64,000 nt of DNA from Selaginella moellendorffii (taxonomy: Eukaryota; Plantae; Lycopodiophyta): positions 294,680 through 358,679 of the forward strand of contig NW_003314281.1 of NCBI RefSeq assembly GCF_000143415.4. The letters are read 5' to 3'. Positions 1 to 10,758 of this stretch are shown piece after piece. Positions within the stretch are counted from its first letter, which is position 1, and each line of letters begins with the position of its first letter. The notes beneath the pieces were generated by a model. That model saw only the letters and a program-made list of their open reading frames with translations. It made no database searches and had not been told where the DNA came from. The position numbers and the translations under genes are program-made.

Positions 1-446
1 CGTCTCATCTTTGTGGTAGCAGCCCGAACCCGATCCGTCTCGCCAAAACATGCTTCGAGCTTCTCTTTGAACAATTGAAGATCCATCAGCTCCGGAACCA
101 CGACCCCTTTCATGCTCTTCTCCAGAAGAGGAGAAAACCATGACAAAGCTGCACCCTCGAGCAACGTCCCAATCGCGCCGATTTGAGACTCGGAAGTGGG
201 GTACCGCCGATGTTGAAGTGCAAAGATCAGCTCCATTTGATTCAAAAATCCACGAAGCTCCGAACGCTTGCCTGAAAATTTCGCCGGGAAACTCACCTTC
301 GGTTCAGGAACTTTGCTGGATCCTTGAGCCGAAAGTGAAGCAAGCTCCTGCTGCATGCGAAGAAGGGTCGCCTTCAGCTCGGTATTCTCAGACTGGATTT
401 TTGCAAAGACTTCGGCAAAGAAATCAGGATGGCTTGGAGACTCCAT
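1..446 (-). CDS. gag: Ty3/Gypsy (chromovirus) Gag, N-terminal part; runs off the window start
   Basis: Manual translation from the ATG at 446: MESPSHPDFFAEVFAKIQ...PEPKVSFPAKFSGKRSELRGFLNQMELIF...IGTLLEGAALSWFSPLL, a typical Tf1/sushi/PEG10-like capsid pattern. It is absent from the ORF track because no stop falls inside the window. Confidence 0.85.
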   Translation of the reverse strand, partial: MESPSHPDFFAEVFAKIQSENTELKATLLRMQQELASLSAQGSSKVPEPKVSFPAKFSGKRSELRGFLNQMELIFALQHRRYPTSESQIGAIGTLLEGAALSWFSPLLEKSMKGVVVPELMDLQLFKEKLEACFGETDRVRAATTKMR

Positions 447-526
447 TGGCAAGAAGAAAGAAAAGAAAGGGGGGAAAAGACAAAGGCAATCAAATAATCA
501 AAACAAGCTAAAAGAAAAGCAAAAAA

Positions 527-543
527 CACAATCTGAATCAAAC
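527..543 (-). promoter_or_regulatory. Self-priming primer-binding site of the chromovirus
   Basis: Lies directly after the LTR on the minus strand (GTTTGATTCAGATTGTG). It has no TGG tRNA-type start and is complementary over 15 nt to LTR sequence 634-648, just downstream of the LTR TATA box. Confidence 0.75.
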
Positions 544-930
544 TGTCAAGACCCCCAACAAGATCAAGACTGGAAAATGCTAAAGACAAAGAGAAAAAGC
601 TAGTGAAAACAAAGAAGAGGCCTTAGACTGGTGTTGATTCAGATTGTGGAGAAATGGAACAAGGCTAACCTATATATACTATAGGTTGATGAAGCTCCAC
701 CACTCTTGGATCGAGGACAGCCTAAATACAGCTGAGGTCGAGGAGGCGCCACATCATCATCAGGAATGTGGCTCGAGACTCAGGAATCGGGAAGTGTCTC
801 GAGAGTCAGGAATAGGGAAGTGTCTCGAGAGTCAGGAATAGAGAAGTGTCTCGAGAGTCAGGAATGTGGTCTGCAGGTCAAGAATCCGGCGAGAGTCAGG
901 AATGTGGCAAGAATTGGGGGATTCCTGACA
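544..930 (-). repeat. 387-bp chromovirus LTR, with a PPT on one side and PBS+gag on the other
   Basis: TG...CA ends (TGTCAGGA/TCTTGACA), PPT complement GCACCCCCTCCTC at 931-943, TATA-like TAGTATATATAG, and 26-bp tandem repeats (GAGTCAGGAATAGGGAAGTGTCTCGA-like) in U3. Near-identical to 3212-3598. Confidence 0.92.
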
Positions 931-941
931 GCACCCCCTCC

Positions 942-2849
942 TCAAGAACGAGTGGAACGAGGATGTGAACGAGAACGAAGAGGAGGATGAGATGAGCGGC
1001 GAGGGATGGGAGATGGAGAAAAAGAATGAGGACTGGGACGAGAAGGATAGCGGCGGTGGAAATCCTGAACAAGGTCAGGAGAATGAATCAGGTTGTCCGC
1101 AGGTTCCCAAGTGCGTTCCTCAGGTCCGTAACCCTTCCAGTCCACCAGATAGTAGAGTTTAGATCGTGAAATCTTGGAATCAAGGATGTCCTGAACCTCG
1201 TACTCAGACCCATCCTCGAGCTGCACTGGTGGAGGCGGAGGAATGACCCGATTTGGAATAGGACTGGGAATATAAGGCTCAAGGAGAGAGGAGTGAAAAA
1301 CGGGGTGAATTTGATATGAGGAGGGAAGTGCAAGGCGATAAGTGACAGGATTAATGATGGCAGTGATAGGGAAAGGACCAAGGCGTTTGAAATCGAGTTT
1401 TGGACAGGGCCTGGTGGTGGAGATATTTCGCCTGAGGAGCCAGACTTTATCCCCGATATTGTAAGGGGGACAATCCTGACGATGGACATTGGCAAATGTT
1501 TTATGAGATTCCTGAGCACGATGGAGGTGGAAGGAGATGGAGTTGTGGATTTCCTGAAGGTTGGAGAGAAATGATTCAGAGCGGGGATTTGAACGAGAGG
1601 ATTCAGATGGAGAAGGAAGTGAGAGATTGAATCGGGGATTTCGGCCAGAGTTCGCAAAGAAGGGGGAAACTCGAAGAGAGGAGTGAACAAAGTTGTTATA
1701 GGAGAACTCAGCAAGGGGAAGGATATCGAACCAGTTATCTTGATGATAGTTGATGAAGCACCTCAAGAATTGTTCCAATGTCTGAATCGTTCGCTCGGAC
1801 TGCCCATCAGTTTGAGGATGATATGCCGAAGAGAGGTTGGCCTTCACTCCAAGCAACTGCAAAAACCATTGCCAGAAATGAGAGATGAACTGAGGCCCCC
1901 GATCCGAAACCACATCTGTAGGAATCCCATGAAGTTGGAAAATTTCCCTGAATACCAGTTTTGCCATGTCCTCGCCCGAAAACTCCTTGGTACATGGCAA
2001 GAAGTGCGCCATCTTTGTGAAGCGATCCACCACGACTAAAATGCTGTTGAAGCCTCCAGAACTCGGAAGATCACTCAAGAAATCCATGGAGATGGATTCC
2101 CAAGGACCTGAAGGGACCGGAAGGGAACGAAGCAAACCTGAAGGAAGGTGGCAAGGTACCTTATTCCGGGCACAAGTGTCATAGGAGGTAACAAAAGCTT
2201 TGATGTAGTCGTCCATGTGAGGCCACCAAAAGTCCCGTGCAACTAGCTCATAGGTTTTCGCAATGCCGAAGTGACCAGCAGTCGGGCTATCGTGGCACGC
2301 CATCAGGATCAACCTTCGAGCATCACCTTCAGGAACGTAAAGCTGCTCCCCACGGTACAATAAGCCATCTAAGAACTCGAACTCGTCAAATCGCCGGCAG
2401 TCGGGAGTCACTGGGTTTCCAGCCTGAAGATGGGGAAAAATGTCGCTAGCAAGATCATCGGATTGAAGATCGTTTCTGATTGCATCCATCAAGGAGGAGT
2501 CCTGAGGGGCCAGGGAAATTGCCATAACTTGAAGCCGATCAGGACCGAGGATAACTTGATCCTGTTGATCGAAGGCAGGATTACCAGGCCTGAGACTGAG
2601 ATAGGAGCGCCTTGAAAGAGCATCAGGAAGGCCTTGAAACTTTCCAGGTCTGTACTTGATAACAAAGTCAAACCGACTCAGGAATTGTGCCCACCTTGCT
2701 TGACGACGGCTTAAAACTCGGGAAGTGGCAAAGTACTCGAGATTTTTGTGATCCGTCCAGACTGTTGTTTGATGGCTCGCCCCCTCCAAGAAACGGCGCC
2801 ACTCTCCAAAGGAATCCACGATGGCAAGAAGCTCCTTGTCGTTTTTCAC
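942..2849 (-). CDS. pol: Chromovirus Pol fragment: RNase H end, integrase and chromodomain, 5'-truncated at an inversion junction near 2842
   Basis: DKELLAIV/TDHKNL/RQARW (RNase H), H-x6-H...C zinc finger, SMDF, VVVDRFTKMAHF, VSDRGPQF, AYHPQTDGQSER, GPF, chromodomain EYEVQDILD..YYLVDWKGY..ERTWEP. Uninterrupted 635 aa. Confidence 0.95.
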   Translation of the reverse strand: MKNDKELLAIVDSFGEWRRFLEGASHQTTVWTDHKNLEYFATSRVLSRRQARWAQFLSRFDFVIKYRPGKFQGLPDALSRRSYLSLRPGNPAFDQQDQVILGPDRLQVMAISLAPQDSSLMDAIRNDLQSDDLASDIFPHLQAGNPVTPDCRRFDEFEFLDGLLYRGEQLYVPEGDARRLILMACHDSPTAGHFGIAKTYELVARDFWWPHMDDYIKAFVTSYDTCARNKVPCHLPSGLLRSLPVPSGPWESISMDFLSDLPSSGGFNSILVVVDRFTKMAHFLPCTKEFSGEDMAKLVFREIFQLHGIPTDVVSDRGPQFISHFWQWFLQLLGVKANLSSAYHPQTDGQSERTIQTLEQFLRCFINYHQDNWFDILPLAEFSYNNFVHSSLRVSPFFANSGRNPRFNLSLPSPSESSRSNPRSESFLSNLQEIHNSISFHLHRAQESHKTFANVHRQDCPPYNIGDKVWLLRRNISTTRPCPKLDFKRLGPFPITAIINPVTYRLALPSSYQIHPVFHSSLLEPYIPSPIPNRVIPPPPPVQLEDGSEYEVQDILDSKISRSKLYYLVDWKGYGPEERTWEPADNLIHSPDLVQDFHRRYPSRPSPHSFSPSPIPRRSSHPPLRSRSHPRSTRS

Positions 2850-3598
2850 TCCTCTCTCCTTGAGCCTTATATTCCCAGTCCTATTCCAAATCGGGTCATT
2901 CCTCCGCCTCCACCAGTGCAGCTCGAGGATGGGTCTGAGTACGAGGTTCAGGACATCCTTGATTCCAAGATTTCACGATCTAAACTCTACTATCTGGTGG
3001 ACTGGAAGGGTTACGGACCTGAGGAACGCACTTGGGAACCTGCGGACAACCTGATTCATTCTCCTGACCTTGTTCAGGATTTCCACCGCCGCTATCCTTC
3101 TCGTCCCAGTCCTCATTCTTTTTCTCCATCTCCCATCCCTCGCCGCTCATCTCATCCTCCTCTTCATTCTCGTTCACATCCTCGTTCCACTCGTTCTTGA
3201 GGAGGGGGTGCTGTCAGGAATCCCCCAATTCTTGCCACATTCCTGACTCTCGCCGGATTCCTGACCTGCAGACCACATTCCTGACTCTCGAGACACTTCT
3301 CTATTCCTGACTCTCGAGACACTTCCCTATTCCTGACTCTCGAGACACTTCCCGATTCCTGAGTCTCGAGCCACATTCCTGATGATGATGTGGCACCTCC
3401 TCGACCTCAGTTGTATTTAGGCTGTCCTCGATCCAAGAGTGGTGGAGCTTCATCAACCTATAGTATATATAGGTTAGCCTTGTTCCATTTCTCCACAATC
3501 TGAATCAACACCAGTCTAAGGCCTCTTCTTTGTTTTCACTAGCTTTTTCTCTTTGTCTTTAGCATTTTCCAGTCTTGATCTTGTTGGGGGTCTTGACA
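2840..3598 (+). mobile_element. Inverted copy of the chromovirus 3' end: chromodomain (to 3200), PPT (3199-3211) and LTR (3212-3598)
   Basis: Reverse complement of 544-1302 (759 bp) with only about 4 transitions seen. Confidence 0.93.
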
Positions 3599-4926
3599 AT
3601 TCCCTTGTCGGCAACGGCTGGAAAGTGTTTGAGTTGATAGTGCATCTGTGTTAGACAAAAAGGTTATTATAACTCATTTAAGTTGGTGCATTTCTCACAT
3701 AGTGTACTTTTTCTGGAGTTGTTTCCTAAGCAGTGGTCTAAACTCGAGTATGCATCGACAAGGACGTCAATCTTCCCTAGGGGGGAAGAATGTCGCGAAT
3801 GTGACTCTGGGTATTGAAAGTTATCTATTAGTCAATCCTTACGGACACTCTTTCCTTACTGCCACAATGGCAAAAGGTTGGTATTGCTAAACCCTTTATT
3901 AGTCCCTCTTGTTCAAATGTTAGTAAACTAGATTTTGCATCTATACTTGGCTAGATGACCATAAGGACGGAATTCCTAAGTGTATATTTAACCAAGCATA
4001 CTTGGTCTGGCTTTTTAGTTCTTTTTTGCTCTGTCTTGCATTGGTTTGACAAGAACCCTCACATATTGAGACTAGTTCCTCAATATCGCTGGAAGCTTAC
4101 CGTATCTACTAAACACCCTCGTTATCATGCCCTTTATATTAGTCTCATTTTGGTCCCAAATGCTATTTATGAAAAGTGTCTAGATTTGCTCATTTGGCAT
4201 ATTTACAGAATGTAGAGATTGTCTTGAACACAATGGTGTTTATCCCGTGTCCAAATTCGCAATCTAGGGACATTCCATATTTAGTAAGTTTCGAGTTTGT
4301 CCCAGAGACTAACTCCTAATACTAAGAGAGGCTTAAGGTGAAAGCCCAAAGCATGTGTTTCTCGGGGGGGGGGGGGGGGATATAGGGAGTTCCAAATGTA
4401 TAGTAGGGATAGTGGGTAAGTCGGGTATGACTGACCAATCTGAGGCATAGTTTAGCTTCTGTTTGTGTGCTTGTCCTTGTTCTGTATCCGGCTTGGGTCT
4501 AAACCCAAGTTCCATTCCATGCTAGCTGGTGGAGTACCCATATCCTCACGTTAGGCCATCAGTATGCTAAAATAGCACCAGACTCTATTTGGCTCCGTTT
4601 TGTGTGCTAGTTCTAGCATTGGAATACTGGATACTCTAGGATTATTCCAAGTTATTCTGTGCTTTTGTCTCTTCGCTCCTTAGGTTGTACGCTCAAGAGT
4701 CACTCTATGCTCTAGTTCCTTCACTCCTTGGCTCCATACTTGGGAGTTTGGCACTGTTCTTTTGTTCAGTGGCCCAAGGCCCTAAAACTTGAGTTCTGCA
4801 CCATTATACTTTGGACACATGGCATGTGGCATGTGACACGTGGAATATAGAGGGTCTAGGTTCCGCGTCATGGTTATTCTATGGTAGAACACCATAGGAT
4901 AAAGGGTAAAAACCATGTATGCTATA
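3599..4926 (+). mobile_element. 3' end of a family-B Gypsy element: 3' UTR, PPT (about 3779-3790) and LTR (3791-4926)
   Basis: PPT AGGGGGAAGAA followed by TGTCGCGAATGTGAC. Homologous in reverse complement to 44617-45406, 47840-48980 and 36924-37263. Confidence 0.7.
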
Positions 4927-5149
4927 ATAATAATCCCGCATTTATGGTTGAGGCATTTCACATTTTAATGTCTCAATAATGGATATACCATACTTTCATA
5001 AGTTCTTATCATCCATTAATAAATGGTATGGTGGAATAGCTTGTTTGGACTTTTAAAGGGATGATTACAAAGTATTTGCCATTTCTTTAGTATGTATATG
5101 TCACAAGGGTATAGAGTTCTGTTGGTGCTTCATTATGTAAACTTCTATA

Positions 5150-6182
5150 TAGTTATAATCTAATACTACCAATAGAGTTAAGTTTACCTTCACGATTATC
5201 ATAAGCTACCAATACTAGGTTCTGTATTTAACGAGCATTATTCCACTTGTCTAAGTAGAGTCTATTAAACACTTGAGCCATGCATAAGTGGGACAACAAC
5301 AATACTACAACTCCCATCATTATCCATTTGCAAAGTATAAAATGGATGCTTGGTGTTAGTCTATTTTCCCAATTTATAGTCCCAATCTAAAGGGCTCCTT
5401 ATGCAATGGAAAGGACTATATTGGGTGTTGTAACAAGTTAGATCACAAGTTTATAAGGTTTGGCATGGTCCAAATTGAAACCAATTTAACAGCCACTAAT
5501 ATGCCACTATGCTAATATAAGTATATGGCATCTTAGCCATACACTTAGACCTCACATCATTGACATTCAACAATCTAATCATCCAGAAATTATGCATATA
5601 TAGTGGCTAAAATGTTTCGTATAAAAAGGTCAAGAACAACTAACACCACTTGCAAATCCACCAATGCCTTTTCTTGATATTCCTCCAAATTTGCTTTTTG
5701 AGAGGAGGGGACCTTTTGCCTCTTAGGACCATTTGTCCATGTGATGAGAATACCAACTCATCCTCTAAGTACATCCCCAACTCCTTGGGTTGTTCCAGCA
5801 TTTATCAAGGGTAACCTCAGCTACCATTTCGAGGACTTGTGTCCTCTCCTATATTTGACCTCCCATGGTCATCAATTCCGGTCTCAAAGTTATGAGCACC
5901 GGCCTCAACTATATGAGGGTAATCTTGTGACTCCTTTATTATTTTGGAGTCTACATCTTTCCCGTGATCCCAATTATAGTTGTTTACCACAACTACATTA
6001 GCCCGTTTGCTGCGTCAAACGCTCATCTAGATCACATCCTCAGCTCTCTGAGGAAACCTTATATTGTTCCCAAGATCCCAAAGTCGTTCTATTATTGGCC
6101 CTCACTCTTATATATAAGTGGGTTATTAGATTAATTCATTTGTGCATTTCTATATTTCATTTCCATATTTTATGCACTCACA
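5150..6182. mobile_element. Mosaic of decayed retroelement fragments (family-E internal/LTR pieces and a family-C internal piece at about 5715-6100)
   Basis: 5150-5710 resembles 10110-10587. 5715-6100 is nearly identical to 42430-42812. Confidence 0.6.
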
Positions 6183-7331
6183 AAGTGAAATTTGTAAATT
6201 ATTATAGTTATAGACAAGATAAATATACCAAATAAAAATATATCAAAAACTGAAAATAACTCCTTTGATTGCTAGAAAATCCTTTTTATATATCCAACTA
6301 TACACAATTGCTATTTCATAGAGGGACTATAGTGATGAGTATTTTAGTGGTACTTTATTTACATCTCAAATGGAACAAATTGAATGGAATAACATGAAAT
6401 AGAACAAAGTGATGGAATAGGTGTTTGTGATGTTTATGGCTTTTGGCTAAGTGCTTGGATTATCCTTTCATTATCTAAGTTTAGATATGGTTAAGGATAA
6501 GTGATCTTAAGCCACATATAAACTCTCTTGCCATTGCTAGGCTCAATTCTAGATTGAAAACCCTTCAAAAGTGATGAAGACAGAAATCTTTTTCTTCTTG
6601 GAGATTCTCCACAAAATGAAATTAAACTCAATAATAATAAAGTTGTCACTGGTATCAATGCTTTTATAGAAAGAATATGATCTAACTGTTGAAAATAACT
6701 AGAATAAGAGGTGTTGACCAAACTTGATTAATTGTAGCATCTTTGGTGTGGAAATCCACACTATTTCCATAAACAACATCCAAGGACACAATGGTGATCT
6801 GGCTGCTAGAGGCATCTAATTTCTTGAGCATTGCAAAAAAGTGTGGTGAATGAAGAAACCGTTGCTTGGCAGCCATGTTGCACCAAGGTGAGCTATCTTC
6901 TTTAATATATTATTTTGTTTGACCCAAAAACAACAGAAATAAAGGTTATTTTGAGAATATTCTTTTAAACCATAATTTCAAAGTATAAAGGTCAAAGGTT
7001 AAAAAGAGATTTACAGCTGTACAAAGATTTTTACCTTGGGAAAATTGGGGTACACCAAACATCATAGAGATCTAGGTGGGATGCTTTATGTCAACACATG
7101 TACCACCTATCTAGATACCCAGATAACTTGTATGCAGTAGAGCCTGATTTGTATTAATGACTAAGGTGTGTTTTCCCCCATGTAGCTTAGTCAGGCACTT
7201 GATTTTGAGAATATTCTTTCTTAATCTAGGTAACTACCATTTAATCCAATAGTTCTGCTAATTTATTTGAACCAATATTAGATGAAAAGTTTAGATTTTA
7301 TACTTTCTAAACAAATATACCGAGATTCTTG

Positions 7332-7333
<2 letters not shown>

Positions 7334-7368
<35 letters not shown>
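7334..7368. repeat. (ATT)n microsatellite
   Basis: About 11 tandem ATT units. Confidence 0.95.
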
Positions 7369-7369
<1 letters not shown>

Positions 7370-7599
7370 AAGTTTAAGATCATTAGCATAGCAAAAGTAG
7401 AGGACCTGGCCATGGTCGTTGTCTCAATCAATCCAGTAGCTGCTGAAGATCATGCCACTATAGGATCAAAATATGAGATCACATAAATCAGAATATTTGG
7501 GTTTGAAAAAAAGTCTTGATTAGTTGTACCTTAGATGTTTGACTTAATGCAGTACAGATTATAAAAGGGCATTATTTTACCTCATATTACCATGTAAGT

Positions 7600-8496
7600 A
7601 TGGAAAGCAAAACATTTCTCTATTTAATTTTATTACTTGCAGTCATTCTGAAAAATGAAAATTTTTGTGCTGCCACTACAAGTATCNNNNNNNNNNNNNN
7701 NNNNNNNNNNNNNNNNNNNNNNNNNNNNNNNNNNNNNNNNNNNNNNNNNNNNNNNNNNNNNNNNNNNNNNNNNNNNNNNNNNNNNNGTAGAAGGCTATGT
7801 TTATTGCACTAATTGTGGTTCACTTTCTCAGAGTGGCATCTTCAGTAAGAAAAATGATCTATCTTCTGTATTTTTCTAATCTTGTTAAATCTTTCAGATG
7901 CCAAGGTAAACCTGATTTGTCCAAGAGACAGTGATTCATCATTTACAAATAGTAGAGGATACTTTAATATCTTTGAATTAGTGAAGACTGGAACAGATAT
8001 TGGGAGTTGCCAAGTGAGTGTGGATACAAGTAGAGCACCACGAGGGTGTTCTTTCTTAACAGACATAAATGGTGGATCAAGTGGCCAATCCTTAAGAACA
8101 TGCATCAATAATGGAAATAATAAGTTCACTTGTGGACCATATTATTTTACTCCAAATGCTTGTTCACCTCCACCACCACCAAGTCCTCCACCACCACCAC
8201 CACCTAGAAGACCACCCCCACCACGACCAAGAACTCCTCTACCACCACGACCACCACAACCACCACCAAAAACTCCTCCACCGCCACCACCTAGAACACA
8301 ACCACCACCACCTACACCACCACTATCACCAACACCAACACCTTCACTTTCACCAATACCACCACCACTTTCACCAACACCACCACCACTAGCACCACCC
8401 CTATTGTCACCACCAGCACCAACACCTCCAGCATTGGCACCAGAATCACCAGCATCAGCACCAGGCCCAACTCCTACACCATCATCATTGCTATAA
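7600..8496 (+). CDS. Secreted Pollen Ole e 1 domain / proline-rich extensin-like cell-wall protein; gap at 7687-7786, intron at 7845-7897
   Basis: Signal peptide MESKTFLYLILLLAVIL. The Ole e 1 Cys pattern is VEGYVYCTNC...AKVNLIC...TNSRGYF...CQVSV...GCSFLTDINGGSSG...GPYYFTPNAC, followed by an SPPPP/TPPP/AP-rich tail. A GTAAG...TTTCAG 53-nt intron joins the two ORF frames in phase. TATAAAA lies about 40 nt upstream. Confidence 0.88.
7687..7786. other. Assembly gap (100 N); others at 51409-51508 and 52984-53083
   Basis: Runs of N. Confidence 1.
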
Positions 8497-9228
8497 GTTC
8501 ATAAACAATTTAACAAAATAAAGACACGAAGCCCTTAAGTTCCACTCATTTCCGTACAATGTAGTAACTCATATGTTTGTTTTCATATAAAGTTTAGAGC
8601 AGAGTTTTCTATGCAAAGTTTAGACAAGAGAAATTAAGAGTTCTAATGAATGAAATGAAGAAAAATCTTACCTTCATTCTTTCTCTCAAGTTCATCACCA
8701 CATCCTACAGTACAAGCAGGACAGCAAAGAATTGCCACTCTCCTATCATCACATATATGATAGGAGAGCACATCACTCAACCCACCACAGTAAGGTAATA
8801 TGATTATTTATGGTGCTTAAGAAAGTCTATAACTGTAAACGTTTTTATAATTTATAAATATCCAGAAGATGGCTGTTTAAATTTTTTATAAATTATAAAT
8901 ATATTTATACTTGATTAATCTAAATTTATAACATACGTTAGATGGTATAGTAACATATTTTACCCTATACATTTGCTTAAATAAACCAAATTGTTTTTAC
9001 TAAGTTTTTATAATCACTCATAAGTGTGTTAAAAAGGGGTTTAGGACTGATCACTTTACATGCTATAGGTAAAGGGATCGGCACTCTCACCTCTGTGATT
9101 TTATAGAATTATATATTGTGATGATTTTGAATTGCTAGTTAGTCTTGTTTGTTGTCTAGAAAAACTTGTCCATAAAATATTTTCCTTAAGTACCCTCTCT
9201 CTTTTATATATATATATATATATATATG

Positions 9229-9397
9229 TGTGAGGGCCAAGTGTATGGTTATGATGCCGTATACTAATATTAGCATAGTGGGATTTTGATAGCCGTCGGA
9301 TTGGTTTCAATTTGGACCACTCGCTCCTGTATATAAGCTAGGGTTTTTGGGCTAATTGATATGCACATTTTTGTATTCCCTTTCCATATTCCAAGCA

Positions 9398-9403
<6 letters not shown>
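9229..9403 (+). repeat. Short (about 175 bp) family-E solo LTR embedded in a (TA)n microsatellite
   Basis: Homologous to 10588-10758 and about 35400-35555. (TA)n runs on both sides. Confidence 0.7.
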
Positions 9404-9445
<42 letters not shown>

Positions 9446-10109
9446 ATGTATACATAAACAACAAATGCCAAAAAATTATACACATTATATGAAGAAGAAG
9501 ATGTAGTTATTTTAAGGCAATTTACTAAAGTATATTTATTGTTAAAATATATTATATTCAATTAATTTAGTAAATAAAATATAAATTATTTAATATAATA
9601 CATTTATAGTTTAATTAGTATTAATTATATAAATTTACCTTATTAATTCACTGATATAATTCAAGTTTATATTTATTTAATAAAAATGATATTTTAAATA
9701 ATTTTAAGCAGCATCAAATAAACACATCATTTTATAAATTTATATTTTTGAGAAGTAAAGCTAGACTATTAATCTAATATATTATTTAAAAAAGAGAAAC
9801 TAAGAAAAAAACTGCAATAAGAGATTAAAAACTATTTTTGATTTATTGTATTCAAATAGTTTTTTAAGTTTTATATTATGATTTGTGGCTGAAATTTTAA
9901 TCTTTAATAACTAATTAAAGAGAAATAAACATAGAAAGTAGAGCTTTTATAATAAATATAACTTTGAAAGTAAATTTTTTTATTTACATATAAAGTTTTT
10001 TTAAGTTATCCTTAATGAGATATTTTGAAGTGTTTTTATTAAATATATACTAACTACTTTATCATTTTCTAATATATTTAATTTAAAAAATTTACAATAA
10101 AATTTTGAT

Positions 10110-10758
10110 CTATTACTGTAATCCAATATTATTGATAGAGTTGAGTTTACCTTCATAATTATGACAAATTGCCAATGCTAAGTCTTGGGATCAATATTTA
10201 ACTAGCATTCTTCCACTTGTGGGACAATAATAGCACAACTCCCATCATCATTCATTTGTAATGTATAAAATGGACAATTTGATATTAATCCATTTTCCCA
10301 ATTTTACAGTATATAATTTATTTAAGCAGCTTCTTGTTCAGTGGCAGGGACCATATCATGTGTTATAGCAAGTTGAACCATAAGTTATGAGATTTAGCAT
10401 GACATTCAACAAATTAATCCTCCAAAAATTGTGCATGTGCAAAGTTAAAACACTTTATACAAAGGGATAAAAAACAATTAATATCAACTATAGATTCAAT
10501 AGTGCCTCCTTCTGATGTTCTTCTAGATCCCAACTTGTCAACCAAAGAACCTTGACTACTTTCCATCCTCCTGAGAGGAGGGGATGTTGTGAGGTCTAAA
10601 TGTATGGTTACGATATCGTATACTAATATTAATGGAACTTTTGATAACTATCAGATTGGTTTTAATTTGGACCACTCACTTCTATATATAAGCTAAGGCT
10701 TTTCGGCTAATTCATATACACATTTTTGTATTACATTTCCATATCCCATGCACTCACA
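10110..10758 (+). mobile_element. Family-E retroelement 3' end: decayed internal region, PPT (10573-10587) and 171-bp LTR (10588-10758)
   Basis: GAGAGGAGGGGATGT followed by TGTGAGG...CACTCACA. Confidence 0.7.

Noticed and set aside
8111-8392. His-rich 93-aa ORF
   Set aside because: Alternate frame of the CCA-rich proline codons.
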